Assembly (NCBI GenBank): GCA_021108075.1
Contig: JAIORP010000029.1
Location: 10,311-74,310 of the forward strand
Reading direction: 5' to 3'
DNA: 64,000 nt
Source: Candidatus Omnitrophota bacterium
GTDB taxonomy: Bacteria; Omnitrophota; Gorgyraeia; Zapsychrales; Zapsychraceae
Both the position numbers and the translations under genes were made by a program. Position 1 is the first letter of the stretch. Every line of letters begins with the position of its first letter. Under the pieces are notes generated by a model that worked only from the letters and a program-made list of their open reading frames with translations, did no database searches and was not told the DNA's origin. Shown piece by piece: positions 27,366-36,560 of this stretch.

Positions 27366-28103
27366 ATGAAAACAGACGCAAGAGTAGAACGTGAGATTGA
27401 ACATAGCAAGAAATTAAAGGATAGCTGGGAAGGGGCCTATTATTATTGGGAAACGCCGGCAGGTAAGAAACGCTATGAGCGGCGGTTGGCGATGATTTCC
27501 TCTCATATTACCCCGGAAATGTCTGTGCTGGAAATTGGCTGTGGTACGGGATGTTTTACCCTTCAGTTCGCGGAAACCAAAGCCCATATAACGGCGATTG
27601 ATGTTTCACCTGATTTTTTAGATATCGCCAGGAAAAAAGTAATCGCAAGCAATGTTTCATTTAAGATTGATAATGCTTATGCTTTGAGCTTTGAAGACAG
27701 TTCTTTTGATACGATTGTTGGTAGCTCCGTCCTTCACCACTTAGATATTGATCAGGCCTTGAAGGAGTTTCTTCGGGTTTTAAAGCCCGGGGGGACGATA
27801 TTTTTCGCTGAGCCGAATATGCTGAACCCGCAAATATTTATTGAGAGGAACGTTGGATTCGTTAAGTCTTATTTGCACGTTAGTCCGGATGAAACCGCTT
27901 TTGTCCGCGGCCCCTTAAGAAAGAAAATTTTTCAATATGGATTTGAAGACGTGACAGTTGCGCCCTTTGATTTTCTTCATCCGCTCATTTTCCCCCCATT
28001 AGTTCCATTTTTTCAGTGTTTTTCTTTGTGTATTGAAAAGGTCCCTTTGCTGAAAGAGATCGCCGGATCTCTTTTTATTCAGGCGAAAAAACCGTCCCAA
28101 TAA
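27366..28103 (+). CDS. class I SAM-dependent methyltransferase
   Basis: VLEIGCGTGCFTLQFAE, DTIVGSSVLHHL, LKPGGTIFFAEPN. Confidence 0.7.
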   Translation: MKTDARVEREIEHSKKLKDSWEGAYYYWETPAGKKRYERRLAMISSHITPEMSVLEIGCGTGCFTLQFAETKAHITAIDVSPDFLDIARKKVIASNVSFKIDNAYALSFEDSSFDTIVGSSVLHHLDIDQALKEFLRVLKPGGTIFFAEPNMLNPQIFIERNVGFVKSYLHVSPDETAFVRGPLRKKIFQYGFEDVTVAPFDFLHPLIFPPLVPFFQCFSLCIEKVPLLKEIAGSLFIQAKKPSQ

Positions 28104-28127
28104 TTTTTTATAAAGACTTCGTAGAAA

Positions 28128-29555
28128 TTATTTTTCACAGGACGCATTTTTGTTTTTGTTTGAAAAATTCAACAAAATAATAACAGCCGTGATGATGGGG
28201 AAGAAATGCAGGATGCCTCTTGAGAGGGATGTCTCAGTCTGACTGATCCAGAAGAAGTGCTGCGTGAAAGAATATCCACAGATATAAACGCCAAAATACA
28301 TCAGCAGCGCAAGCAATAACAATTTTGTCTCGGTCTGTATTTTTTTGTTTATCAGGTGAATGAATGATATGAAGAATATCAACCATGTCAGGTTCCAATT
28401 GTTGGAATAGAACATGTTTGTGAGGATGCGTGTGATAACGATCCAGATTTTCTGAAATGTTTCCATTGATAAATGAAGTTTAAGGTTGTATAGGTCAAAA
28501 TGTTTTGATTCTGTGGATGTTTCGAGGCGTAAGGTTTGTCGTATTCGATAGAATTTGAAGAAATGAAACGGTAAACAGATGAGCAGACCGGGGATTGTAA
28601 AAGTAAAGAACAGTCCAATTCTCTTTTTGAGGGAATCATTTTTCCGCAGGAACAGCATATAGGCAAATATCATTATGTGGATGAACAAATACCCTGTGCC
28701 TTCCAATTTAACAAATGATGTTAATCCAGAAAAGATGGCTGCAACGATCAAGAAATCCGTTCGATGATTCTTAAACCATAGAATGAGCAATAGGAGTGCC
28801 GTGTAATTGTAATACATTATTGTGAAATCTCTGTAAGCAATCGATGAGTGATAGAGAAAGAAGTTTGAGGAAAGCAGGAAGACGCTTCCTAAAAGCGCCC
28901 AGCATTTGTTGGTAAAATTTTTTAGAAAATGGTGCTGAATAATGATGATCGACAGGGCGTAGATAGGAAAAAAAATTTTGATGACTTGATCATCCCATTC
29001 TCCCAGGGTGATGTTTAACCACGCTTCGATAAAAGGAACGTGTAGCGGATAAGTGTTATGAGGCAATGTGTCATAATAGATGAATGATTTTTCAAAATAA
29101 AAAACTTTTGCGTTAAATGAATGCGTTGATAATGTGTCCCAACTATAGACGGGTATACTTAAAGCGATTGAAAAGGTAGCGAGCAGGTTTATTCCGATAA
29201 AGTATAAAAAAAGAATTGTGAGATATTTTTCCAGTGTTGATAAAGGTTCTGTCTGGCAGGTGACTTCTTTATAGAGCGCCACGTTTCCCTTATTATTTTT
29301 TTTTGATCGGGAGTTGAGCATGAACAGCACAAAGGCGGTGAATAACAGCGGAAGATTGATCGCCGGGCTTGTCATGGGAACATTGAAGATCCCGAGAAAC
29401 AACATATGCAAAGAAATCATTCCCAGCCCAAGGCCATAGGCAAGCGCAGCCTTAAATGTCACGGAATAATTTTTTCCTCTTGATATAAAGTTGATCAATT
29501 GAAAACCTGAAAAGACGGGAATAAACAGAATGGATAATGATTTTAAAATGAGCAT
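28128..29555 (-). CDS. Polytopic membrane protein, very AT-rich (putative surface-glycan polymerase/transferase-like; hypothetical)
   Basis: 475 aa with about 12 hydrophobic segments and a strongly F/I/L/N/Y-biased composition. Confidence 0.45.
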   Translation of the reverse strand: MLILKSLSILFIPVFSGFQLINFISRGKNYSVTFKAALAYGLGLGMISLHMLFLGIFNVPMTSPAINLPLLFTAFVLFMLNSRSKKNNKGNVALYKEVTCQTEPLSTLEKYLTILFLYFIGINLLATFSIALSIPVYSWDTLSTHSFNAKVFYFEKSFIYYDTLPHNTYPLHVPFIEAWLNITLGEWDDQVIKIFFPIYALSIIIIQHHFLKNFTNKCWALLGSVFLLSSNFFLYHSSIAYRDFTIMYYNYTALLLLILWFKNHRTDFLIVAAIFSGLTSFVKLEGTGYLFIHIMIFAYMLFLRKNDSLKKRIGLFFTFTIPGLLICLPFHFFKFYRIRQTLRLETSTESKHFDLYNLKLHLSMETFQKIWIVITRILTNMFYSNNWNLTWLIFFISFIHLINKKIQTETKLLLLALLMYFGVYICGYSFTQHFFWISQTETSLSRGILHFFPIITAVIILLNFSNKNKNASCEK

Positions 29556-30301
29556 TATTCTCCTCGTACCGCTATTATATGTGATTTGCCATGAACATAT
29601 AGGGGAACATACCCTTCAGGGATATGATCAATAGCATTGTTTTTGTGAAATAAAATATAGCAATTTGCTTCTTTTCCTTTTATGTGCCGCAGGTCGAGGG
29701 GATAGAGGTGGAATGAGATGAACCGATGGATGTACATGCCCGGGTCGACGGAGAGATCATAGTCTGTTAGTAATTCAGGGATATGCGTTTCGGTCAGACG
29801 TTTTTTGCCTTCGAGTAAGAACCGATAATCATCATAAGTTGTTTTAAGAGGGAGATCCTGGTCGTAGGTGCTGTCGATTAAAATTTGGGCGTTTTTGAAT
29901 TCCGCTGACTGGCCGAAATATTGAAATAATTTGTTTAAATGAAATACATGCAGGCTTAAAAGCTGAAAACAACAAAAAGATGCGAACAGGATCATGAGTG
30001 GATTTACAAAAAGGAAAGCCAGGTTCCTGTGGTGAACCTTGAATGCCCCCAGGAATCTGGATATGAATAAAATGAGTAAAGTTGACAAATATGTAAAGTA
30101 AAAGTATTTGTAGAATTCGTGGCCGTTAATAACAGGCGCCAAGATGATATTATTACCGGGGACATATAAATTGAACAATAATAAATCAGGCAGAGACACT
30201 TTTGTCCGAAGAAAATACAGGGTGATGACGGTAAATATAAAGACGATAGAGAAGATGGTCAGTATGCCTATTCTTCGATTGTTTGACCTGGGGTCAGGCA
30301 T
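29555..30301 (-). CDS. hypothetical membrane-anchored protein
   Basis: N-terminal TM helix (ILTIFSIVFIFTVITLYFL) and further hydrophobic segments. The start overlaps the stop of the downstream gene by 1 nt (operon). Confidence 0.4.
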   Translation of the reverse strand: MPDPRSNNRRIGILTIFSIVFIFTVITLYFLRTKVSLPDLLLFNLYVPGNNIILAPVINGHEFYKYFYFTYLSTLLILFISRFLGAFKVHHRNLAFLFVNPLMILFASFCCFQLLSLHVFHLNKLFQYFGQSAEFKNAQILIDSTYDQDLPLKTTYDDYRFLLEGKKRLTETHIPELLTDYDLSVDPGMYIHRFISFHLYPLDLRHIKGKEANCYILFHKNNAIDHIPEGYVPLYVHGKSHIIAVRGE

Positions 30302-30875
30302 TGTTTGGTCCTAAACTGATCTGTGCTAACTTTTCATAAATAGGACCGGTAGGGGTTAATGTGCTTTTGAAAAGGATCAATTCGTTGATTTTGAGGATTA
30401 AGTCGGAAGGAATCTGCGTCGATTGAATTTTTTGTGATAATTGAAAAATGCTTTTTTGCGACTTGACTCTTCCGATCGTCACATGTGGTTGAAAGGGACG
30501 TTCATTCGTCGGATACCCAATCATATTCAGTAAAAAATCAACTGTATCCGCTAAATCTTTAAGGGCGTGATCGATGTCTTTCATTCCCAGCCATATGATC
30601 CGGGGTTGCTTGAAACTAGGGAATACCCCCGTCTTGTCCAGGTGAAACGTGTTTTTTTCAAATTTGAAGTAAAGGGATTTGAGTTGCCGGATAACGGATT
30701 CTGTTTGTTCTTCGGTTATATTCCCAATAAATTTAATTGTCAGATGTGCGTCAGAGGGGGTAACCCATTTGACGTCACAATCAATTTTTTTCAGTTCAGA
30801 TTGAACCTGATGGATGAAATCACGGATTTCTTTATTAAGATCAATGGCGATAAAAGTACGGACGGTTGATGACAT
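30294..30875 (-). CDS. thpR: RNA 2',3'-cyclic phosphodiesterase (2H / LigT family)
   Basis: Two H-x-T-x motifs (HLTIKFIG and HVTIGR), characteristic of the 2H phosphoesterase family. Confidence 0.75.
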   Translation of the reverse strand: MSSTVRTFIAIDLNKEIRDFIHQVQSELKKIDCDVKWVTPSDAHLTIKFIGNITEEQTESVIRQLKSLYFKFEKNTFHLDKTGVFPSFKQPRIIWLGMKDIDHALKDLADTVDFLLNMIGYPTNERPFQPHVTIGRVKSQKSIFQLSQKIQSTQIPSDLILKINELILFKSTLTPTGPIYEKLAQISLGPNNA

Positions 30876-30886
30876 AATTGTAATTT

Positions 30887-31354
30887 TTAGTCTAAAAATT
30901 CTTTTATTAATTTTAAAGCCTGTTGTGTCGCGAAGCGTTTAACTTCAGCACGTGTTCCCGTAAAGATACATTCCAGACATAATGATTCTTCGCCTATGGA
31001 TACGGCAATAAATGTTAAGCCTATCGGTTTTTTTTTTGTTCCACCGCTTGGGCCGGCAATGCCTGTGATTCCGACACCAAAATCTGTTTTAAATAATTTA
31101 AGGCATCCTTTGGCCATGGCAATAGCTGTATCAGCGCTGACGGCACCCTTACGTTTCAATGTTTCCTCAGAAACACCGAGTAATCCGGATTTAATATCAT
31201 TGCTGTAGGCAACAATGCTGCCAATAAATGTTTGGGAACTGCCTGGAACATTGGTTAAACGATGACTCAGCAGGCCCCCTGTACATGATTCAGCGATAGA
31301 AATACGGTATTTTTTAGCGATAAGATCTGTTATTATTTTTTTTTCTATAAGCAT
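30887..31354 (-). CDS. pncC: CinA C-terminal domain protein / nicotinamide-nucleotide amidohydrolase
   Basis: IAESCTGGLLSHRLTNVPGSS and SGGTKKKPIGLTFIA match the CinA_C domain. Confidence 0.8.
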   Translation of the reverse strand: MLIEKKIITDLIAKKYRISIAESCTGGLLSHRLTNVPGSSQTFIGSIVAYSNDIKSGLLGVSEETLKRKGAVSADTAIAMAKGCLKLFKTDFGVGITGIAGPSGGTKKKPIGLTFIAVSIGEESLCLECIFTGTRAEVKRFATQQALKLIKEFLD

Positions 31355-31403
31355 GATATTATGTATAATAATACGATTGAGTATTATAACATCTATAAAT
31401 ATC

Positions 31404-31432
31404 TTGACAATGATTTATATTTAGAATATATT
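31404..31432 (+). promoter_or_regulatory. Candidate sigma-70 promoter for the riboflavin operon
   Basis: TTGACA, 17 nt, TATATT. The AT-rich leader shows no FMN riboswitch signature. Confidence 0.35.
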
Positions 31433-31523
31433 ACAACAATCTAAATTGACATATAATGTTGATATCTATCATCTTTCAGCTATATACACATTATTAATTT
31501 ATAAATGAGGAGTGAGGGCCGAT

Positions 31524-32723
31524 ATGTTTAACACAATTAAGGAAATTTTGAAAGATTTGCAAAACGGAAAGTTGGTCGTTGTCATGGATGATGAAGGCCG
31601 GGAAAATGAAGGGGATTTATTGTGTGCGGCAGAGTTTATAACCCCTGACATTGTTAATTTTATGGCCAAAGAAGCTCGCGGTCTCATTTGTGTTCCTATG
31701 GAAGCCAAACGCTTAGATGCATTGGATTTGCACCCGATGAAGGTTCATGTGAGCCATAAACATCAGGAATGTGACACTGCTTGGTCTATTTCCGTGGACG
31801 CTGCTCAGGGTATCACCACCGGCATTTCAGCGTATGATCGATCTTATACTGTAAAGGTATTGATTAATGACGAATCGAAACCATCTGATTTTATTACCCC
31901 GGGACATTTATTCCCTTTAAGGGCTGTTCCTGGCGGCGTTCTTGTACGTGCAGGTCATACAGAGGCATCCGTGGATTTAACTCGTTTGGCTGGACTATTC
32001 CCTGCCGGGGTCATATGTGAGATTATGAATGACGATGGAACGATGGCACGGACAGACCAATTAAAGAATTTTGCTAGTAAGCATGGTTTGAAAATTTGTA
32101 CGATTGACAGTTTAATTGAATATTTGAGACGGTCTGAGAAATTGATATTCAAAGAAGTTGAAGTGAACTTGCCTACAATTTATGGTGATTTTCGAATGCG
32201 CGCTTACCGATCGGCGATTGACGGACAAGAGCATTTAGCGATATATATGGGCGATTTCATAGATAAAAAAGACGTTCTGGTTCGCGTACAGTCCGAATGT
32301 TTAACCGGTGATGTTTTTAGCTCGATGCGATGTGATTGCCGCCAGCAATTAGAATCGTCTATGAAGGCCATCGCCAAAGAAGGCTGCGGTGTCATCCTCT
32401 ACATGCGACAGGAAGGTCGCGGAATTGGGCTCATTAATAAGCTTAAGGCCTATCAATTGCAGGATGAGGGCATGGACACGGTTGAAGCGAATGAGGCCCT
32501 GGGTTTTAAGCCTGATTTGCGTCACTATGGTTTGGGGGCTCAAATTCTAGTTGATTTAGGGGTCAAAAATTTGCGTATTTTAACCAATAACCCACGAAAA
32601 TTGGTCGGGTTAGATGGTTATGGTCTGAAAGTGGTCGAGCGAGTCCCACTTAAAATTCCTCACAACCCAAAGAACGAGAAATACTTACAAACGAAAAAGG
32701 ATAAGTTGGGTCATTTGCTTTAA
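31524..32723 (+). CDS. ribBA: Bifunctional 3,4-dihydroxy-2-butanone-4-phosphate synthase / GTP cyclohydrolase II
   Basis: DHBP synthase block [16 protein letters not shown] cyclohydrolase II block with the zinc-binding cysteines [14 protein letters not shown] and [11 protein letters not shown]. Start preferred at ATG 31524, after the RBS GAGGAG (ORF track 31512). Confidence 0.9.
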   Translation: MFNTIKEILKDLQNGKLVVVMDDEGRENEGDLLCAAEFITPDIVNFMAKEARGLICVPMEAKRLDALDLHPMKVHVSHKHQECDTAWSISVDAAQGITTGISAYDRSYTVKVLINDESKPSDFITPGHLFPLRAVPGGVLVRAGHTEASVDLTRLAGLFPAGVICEIMNDDGTMARTDQLKNFASKHGLKICTIDSLIEYLRRSEKLIFKEVEVNLPTIYGDFRMRAYRSAIDGQEHLAIYMGDFIDKKDVLVRVQSECLTGDVFSSMRCDCRQQLESSMKAIAKEGCGVILYMRQEGRGIGLINKLKAYQLQDEGMDTVEANEALGFKPDLRHYGLGAQILVDLGVKNLRILTNNPRKLVGLDGYGLKVVERVPLKIPHNPKNEKYLQTKKDKLGHLL

Positions 32724-32809
32724 TCCTGCTTGTAGGGATAGACCGAATATTTTTTTGTGTTGAGGAACGTCTTCGCCCGATGAAGTTTTATAAATAAAAT
32801 TATGCATTA

Positions 32810-32894
32810 ATACCAATTCCATTAAATAATGACTAAAACTAATTCTGCTTTTCAGAATTAAGATAGAACAATTTGTTAATGGATTTGGTATAAT
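32810..32894 (+). repeat. Copy C of the conserved intergenic element
   Basis: ataccaattccattaaataatgactaaaactaattctgcttttcagaattaagatagaacaatttgttaatggatttggtataat; the two ends form inverted repeats (ataccaattccattaa / ttaatggatttggtat). Confidence 0.6.
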
Positions 32895-32919
32895 TTGTCT
32901 TTTTAGTGAAAAATATGTT

Positions 32920-33384
32920 ATGGTTAAGATTATAGAAGCAAAAGTTAAAGGACGGGGCGTAAGGGTTGCTATTGTCGTGTCCCGTTTCAACAAGTTCATA
33001 ACAGAGAAGTTATTAAACGGTTGTGTGAATGAACTTGTCCGCTGTGGCGTCCGTAAAGGTGATATTGTCGTTGCCTGGACACCGGGTGCTTTTGAGGTCC
33101 CTTTAGTGGCCAAGAGATTTGCTCGAAAGAAAACAGTTGACGTTGTCATCGCTCTTGGAGCTGTGATACGGGGTGAAACTTATCATTTTGAAATGGTCGC
33201 GCAGGGAGCAACGCAAGGTATCATGCAGGTTAGTCTGGATACGATGAAACCGGTTATTTTTGGTGTCTTGACAACTGAAACCCTTGATCAGGCGTATAAA
33301 CGGTCAGAAGAAGATGGTGATAATAAAGGTAAGGATGCGGCTCAAGCAGCTATTGAAATGGCCTGTTTATTGGAAAAGATATAA
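32920..33384 (+). CDS. ribH: 6,7-dimethyl-8-ribityllumazine synthase
   Basis: RVAIVVSRFN, GAFEVP and ALGAVIRGET are typical RibH blocks. Confidence 0.9.
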   Translation: MVKIIEAKVKGRGVRVAIVVSRFNKFITEKLLNGCVNELVRCGVRKGDIVVAWTPGAFEVPLVAKRFARKKTVDVVIALGAVIRGETYHFEMVAQGATQGIMQVSLDTMKPVIFGVLTTETLDQAYKRSEEDGDNKGKDAAQAAIEMACLLEKI

Positions 33385-33471
33385 CGCCGATTTATTTAAA
33401 AGCCATATACTGACAAACCGGCAGAGCGAAACACGCATTTGACATACTGATCTTTACAGAAAGTTGTTATC

Positions 33472-33894
33472 ATGAGAAAGCGAACAAGAGGTCGAGAGCT
33501 AGCATTAAAAATATTATATCAGGCTGAAATTATTAGACGTGAGATCGGCTTGATGACAGACACCTTTTGGTCGGAATTAACCCGGGTTGATCCAACCGTT
33601 AAGGATTTTGCCACAAAGCTCACCTTGGGGGTTAAAAACAACCTCACTCTGATTGATGAAAAGATTTCATTTTATGCGACGAACTGGCAGTTAAAAAGAA
33701 TGGCTATCATTGACCGCAATATTTTACGACTGGGAACATTTGAGTTGATTTTTCTCCCGGAGATTCCTCCTAAAGTTTCCATTAATGAGTATGTTGAGTT
33801 AGCCAAGAAGTTCGGTGATATTGACTCGAGTAAATTTGTTAATGGTATTCTTGATAAGATCCACAAGATTGAAATAGTTTCAAAGAACGATTAA
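33472..33894 (+). CDS. nusB: transcription antitermination factor NusB
   Basis: RTRGRELALKILYQAE N-terminus, and a DRNILRLG..E-type block. Confidence 0.85.
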   Translation: MRKRTRGRELALKILYQAEIIRREIGLMTDTFWSELTRVDPTVKDFATKLTLGVKNNLTLIDEKISFYATNWQLKRMAIIDRNILRLGTFELIFLPEIPPKVSINEYVELAKKFGDIDSSKFVNGILDKIHKIEIVSKND

Positions 33895-33910
33895 CCTGAA
33901 AGGCTTCATT

Positions 33911-34747
33911 TTGTCTCCAAGTCGTCTTAATGCGGATCTTCATATCCATACGCATTTTTCAGATAGCTCATTATCTCCTCAAGATGTTGTCACTCAAGCT
34001 TATCAAAATGATATCCATTGTTTAGCGATCACTGATCATGACACGGTTGCGGGCATAGCCCCGACGATGGAGTTAGCAAAAGAATATGATATTGAAGTGA
34101 TCCCTGCCATTGAACTTTCTTCATGCTATCATAATAAAGATATTCATATCCTCGGGTATGGTTTTGATTATGAAAATATTGATATTATTGAACAATTCAA
34201 TGTTATGCAAAGAGAGCGTGTGACCCGAATGGCGTTGATGATTGAAAAGTTAAAAGCCGTTGGCATTGACAATATCACGCTTGATGAAGTTCGCTCATTG
34301 GCTTGTTCCGATTCTGTTGGCCGGCCGCATCTAGCACGCATTTTGAAGCGGAAAAAATGGGTGAAGAGTTTAAAAGAAGCCTTCATACGATTTCTAGACG
34401 AACAAGGCATTGCGTATGTGCCGAAATATAAACTTTCGCCAAAGGAGGCCATCGATTTAATTCGCAAAGCGAATGGGGTCGCTGTCTTAGCGCATCCCAT
34501 GATCACCAGAGTGGACGAACTGATCCCGCGATTCGTTGAAGATGGCTTGGACGGATTGGAAGTTTACTATCCGAATATTTCAAATACAATTATTAGACAT
34601 TACACGAAAATTACGCAGAAATATGGTATGATTTTAACCGGTGGTTCAGATGCCCACGGAGAGGGCAAGGACACAACTTTTATAGGTAAGATTAAGCTTC
34701 CATATGAAAATGTGGTACAATTAAAAAACAGAATAAGTCAGCGTTAA
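33911..34747 (+). CDS. PHP-domain phosphoesterase
   Basis: DLHIHTHFSD, AITDHDT and GGSDAHG are the PHP metal-binding motifs. Confidence 0.7.
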   Translation: MSPSRLNADLHIHTHFSDSSLSPQDVVTQAYQNDIHCLAITDHDTVAGIAPTMELAKEYDIEVIPAIELSSCYHNKDIHILGYGFDYENIDIIEQFNVMQRERVTRMALMIEKLKAVGIDNITLDEVRSLACSDSVGRPHLARILKRKKWVKSLKEAFIRFLDEQGIAYVPKYKLSPKEAIDLIRKANGVAVLAHPMITRVDELIPRFVEDGLDGLEVYYPNISNTIIRHYTKITQKYGMILTGGSDAHGEGKDTTFIGKIKLPYENVVQLKNRISQR

Positions 34748-34771
34748 GTTAACCTTTTATTTATATTCATT

Positions 34772-35902
34772 ATGCGAATAGACATTCAGTCGGGAAAAGA
34801 CGAACATAATATGTGGCAGGCCTTGCGGCTCGCTTATTTAGGGAAAGGTACTACCGCCCCAAATCCCATGGTTGGGGCAGTGATAATCAAAAATAAAAAA
34901 GTTGTCGGTACGGGTTATCATCGCAGGTGTGGCGGTGACCATGCTGAAATAATCGCCCTTAAGAAGGCTGGTGATCTTGCCAGAGGCGCGACCCTTTATA
35001 TCAATCTTGAACCTTGTCATCATGTCGGACATACACCACCATGTGTTGATCAAGTGATCCAGGCGGGAATAAAAGAAGTTTTCATCGCGATGAAAGATCC
35101 CAACCCGTTAACGAACGGCAAATCGATTCGAAGAATGCGTAAAGCCGGCATAGCGGTGCATGTCGGATTACTGCAAAAGCAGGCACTGAAATTCAATGAA
35201 ATTTTTGTGACGTATACGACAAAGAACCGGCCATTTATTACCGCCAAGATCGCACAGACATTGGATGGTAAGATTGCCGGGCGGACCGGTCAGTCCAAAT
35301 GGATTACGTCTGAGATGTCGCGGCGGTTTGCGCGACAATATCGGGACTCTTTTGATGCTATCATGGTCGGAGGCAATACTGTGAAGAGTGATAATCCCGG
35401 ATTGAATGGCAATAAAAAAAAATTGATTAAGATTGTCCTGGACTCTCATCTGGCGATTTCTAATCGTGCTAAGTTATTTGAACAGACGGAGCCTTCAAAT
35501 TGTATTCTTGCGACAACACAATTTGCCCCTGAGAAAAAAAAGAAGATGTTTCAAAACAAAGGTGTCCATGTTCTTATCCCGCCCACTCGAACTCGGTATG
35601 TTCCTTTACCCTGGTTGTTTCAGGAATTAGCAAAGAGAGAGATAACAAACGTTTTATTAGAGGGCGGGGCGCATGTTATCGGGTCTGCGTTAAAAGAACG
35701 TCTGGTCGATAAAATGATGATTTATATCGCTCCCAAATTCTTGGGTGATCAAAATGCCCTGTCTTCCATTGTCGGCTTGAACATCGAGAATGTTCAGGAT
35801 GCTTTTTATTTAGAGGATATTTTTTTTCATTATGCTTCAAGAGACGAAGACATTATCCTGGAAGGGTATCCGCGTTATTTAGATGACGACGAAAAAAAGT
35901 AA
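34772..35902 (+). CDS. ribD: Bifunctional diaminohydroxyphosphoribosylaminopyrimidine deaminase / 5-amino-6-(5-phosphoribosylamino)uracil reductase
   Basis: CMP/dCMP deaminase zinc motif HAEIIAL...PCHHVGHTPPC, plus a C-terminal RibD reductase domain. Confidence 0.85.
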   Translation: MRIDIQSGKDEHNMWQALRLAYLGKGTTAPNPMVGAVIIKNKKVVGTGYHRRCGGDHAEIIALKKAGDLARGATLYINLEPCHHVGHTPPCVDQVIQAGIKEVFIAMKDPNPLTNGKSIRRMRKAGIAVHVGLLQKQALKFNEIFVTYTTKNRPFITAKIAQTLDGKIAGRTGQSKWITSEMSRRFARQYRDSFDAIMVGGNTVKSDNPGLNGNKKKLIKIVLDSHLAISNRAKLFEQTEPSNCILATTQFAPEKKKKMFQNKGVHVLIPPTRTRYVPLPWLFQELAKREITNVLLEGGAHVIGSALKERLVDKMMIYIAPKFLGDQNALSSIVGLNIENVQDAFYLEDIFFHYASRDEDIILEGYPRYLDDDEKK

Positions 35903-35934
35903 CCTGAAGCAATTATTTTAAAAAAGGACTAAGC

Positions 35935-36552
35935 ATGTTTTCTGGTATTGTTGAAGAAACAGGTTCCATCGTTGGAATAACGCATAAAAAAAATTTATGT
36001 GTTTTAGATATCCAGGCCCAGAACGCGGGTAAGGGCACAAAGCAGGGTGACAGCGTTTCTGTCAACGGAGTCTGCCTGACCGTGACGAAAGTTCTAAAAA
36101 AAGTTTTGTCTTTTGATTTGATGCTGGAAACCCTTGAGAAAACGTCCTTGGGGCAATTATCTAAGGGTGATAAAGTTAATCTTGAGCGCGCCTTAAAAAT
36201 GAGCGACAGGATTAGTGGGCATTTCGTCACAGGTCATGTTGATGATATGGGCACAGTAAAGAAGATAATAACCGATACAAATTATACAGAGATCCAGATA
36301 TCCTTAAAAGTGAACTTGATGAAGTATATTGTGGCAAAAGGTTCGGTTAGTTTAGATGGTGTGAGCCTCACGATAGGTGACGTTAGAAAAAGAGATTTTT
36401 CTGTTTATTTAATTCCGTTTACCCTTGAAGTCACGAACTTGGGATTGAAGCAAAAAGGCGATAAAGTGAATGTCGAAACAGATATTTTAGCTAAATATAT
36501 ATTAAGCAAGGGAATCTATTCGGAATCCCCGTATGCATACAAGAAAGAATAA
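35935..36552 (+). CDS. ribE: riboflavin synthase alpha chain
   Basis: MFSGIVEETG start, and the duplicated lumazine-binding repeat (VNGVCLTV ... LDGVSLTI). Confidence 0.85.
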   Translation: MFSGIVEETGSIVGITHKKNLCVLDIQAQNAGKGTKQGDSVSVNGVCLTVTKVLKKVLSFDLMLETLEKTSLGQLSKGDKVNLERALKMSDRISGHFVTGHVDDMGTVKKIITDTNYTEIQISLKVNLMKYIVAKGSVSLDGVSLTIGDVRKRDFSVYLIPFTLEVTNLGLKQKGDKVNVETDILAKYILSKGIYSESPYAYKKE

Positions 36553-36560
36553 TCGTCCTT

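Noticed and set aside
31355-31523. Possible FMN riboswitch in the ribBA leader
   Set aside because: The leader is AT-rich and lacks the conserved GC-rich RFN helices (no ggatagggcggcaccgg-like core). Called as a plain promoter region instead; a covariance-model search would be needed to be certain.
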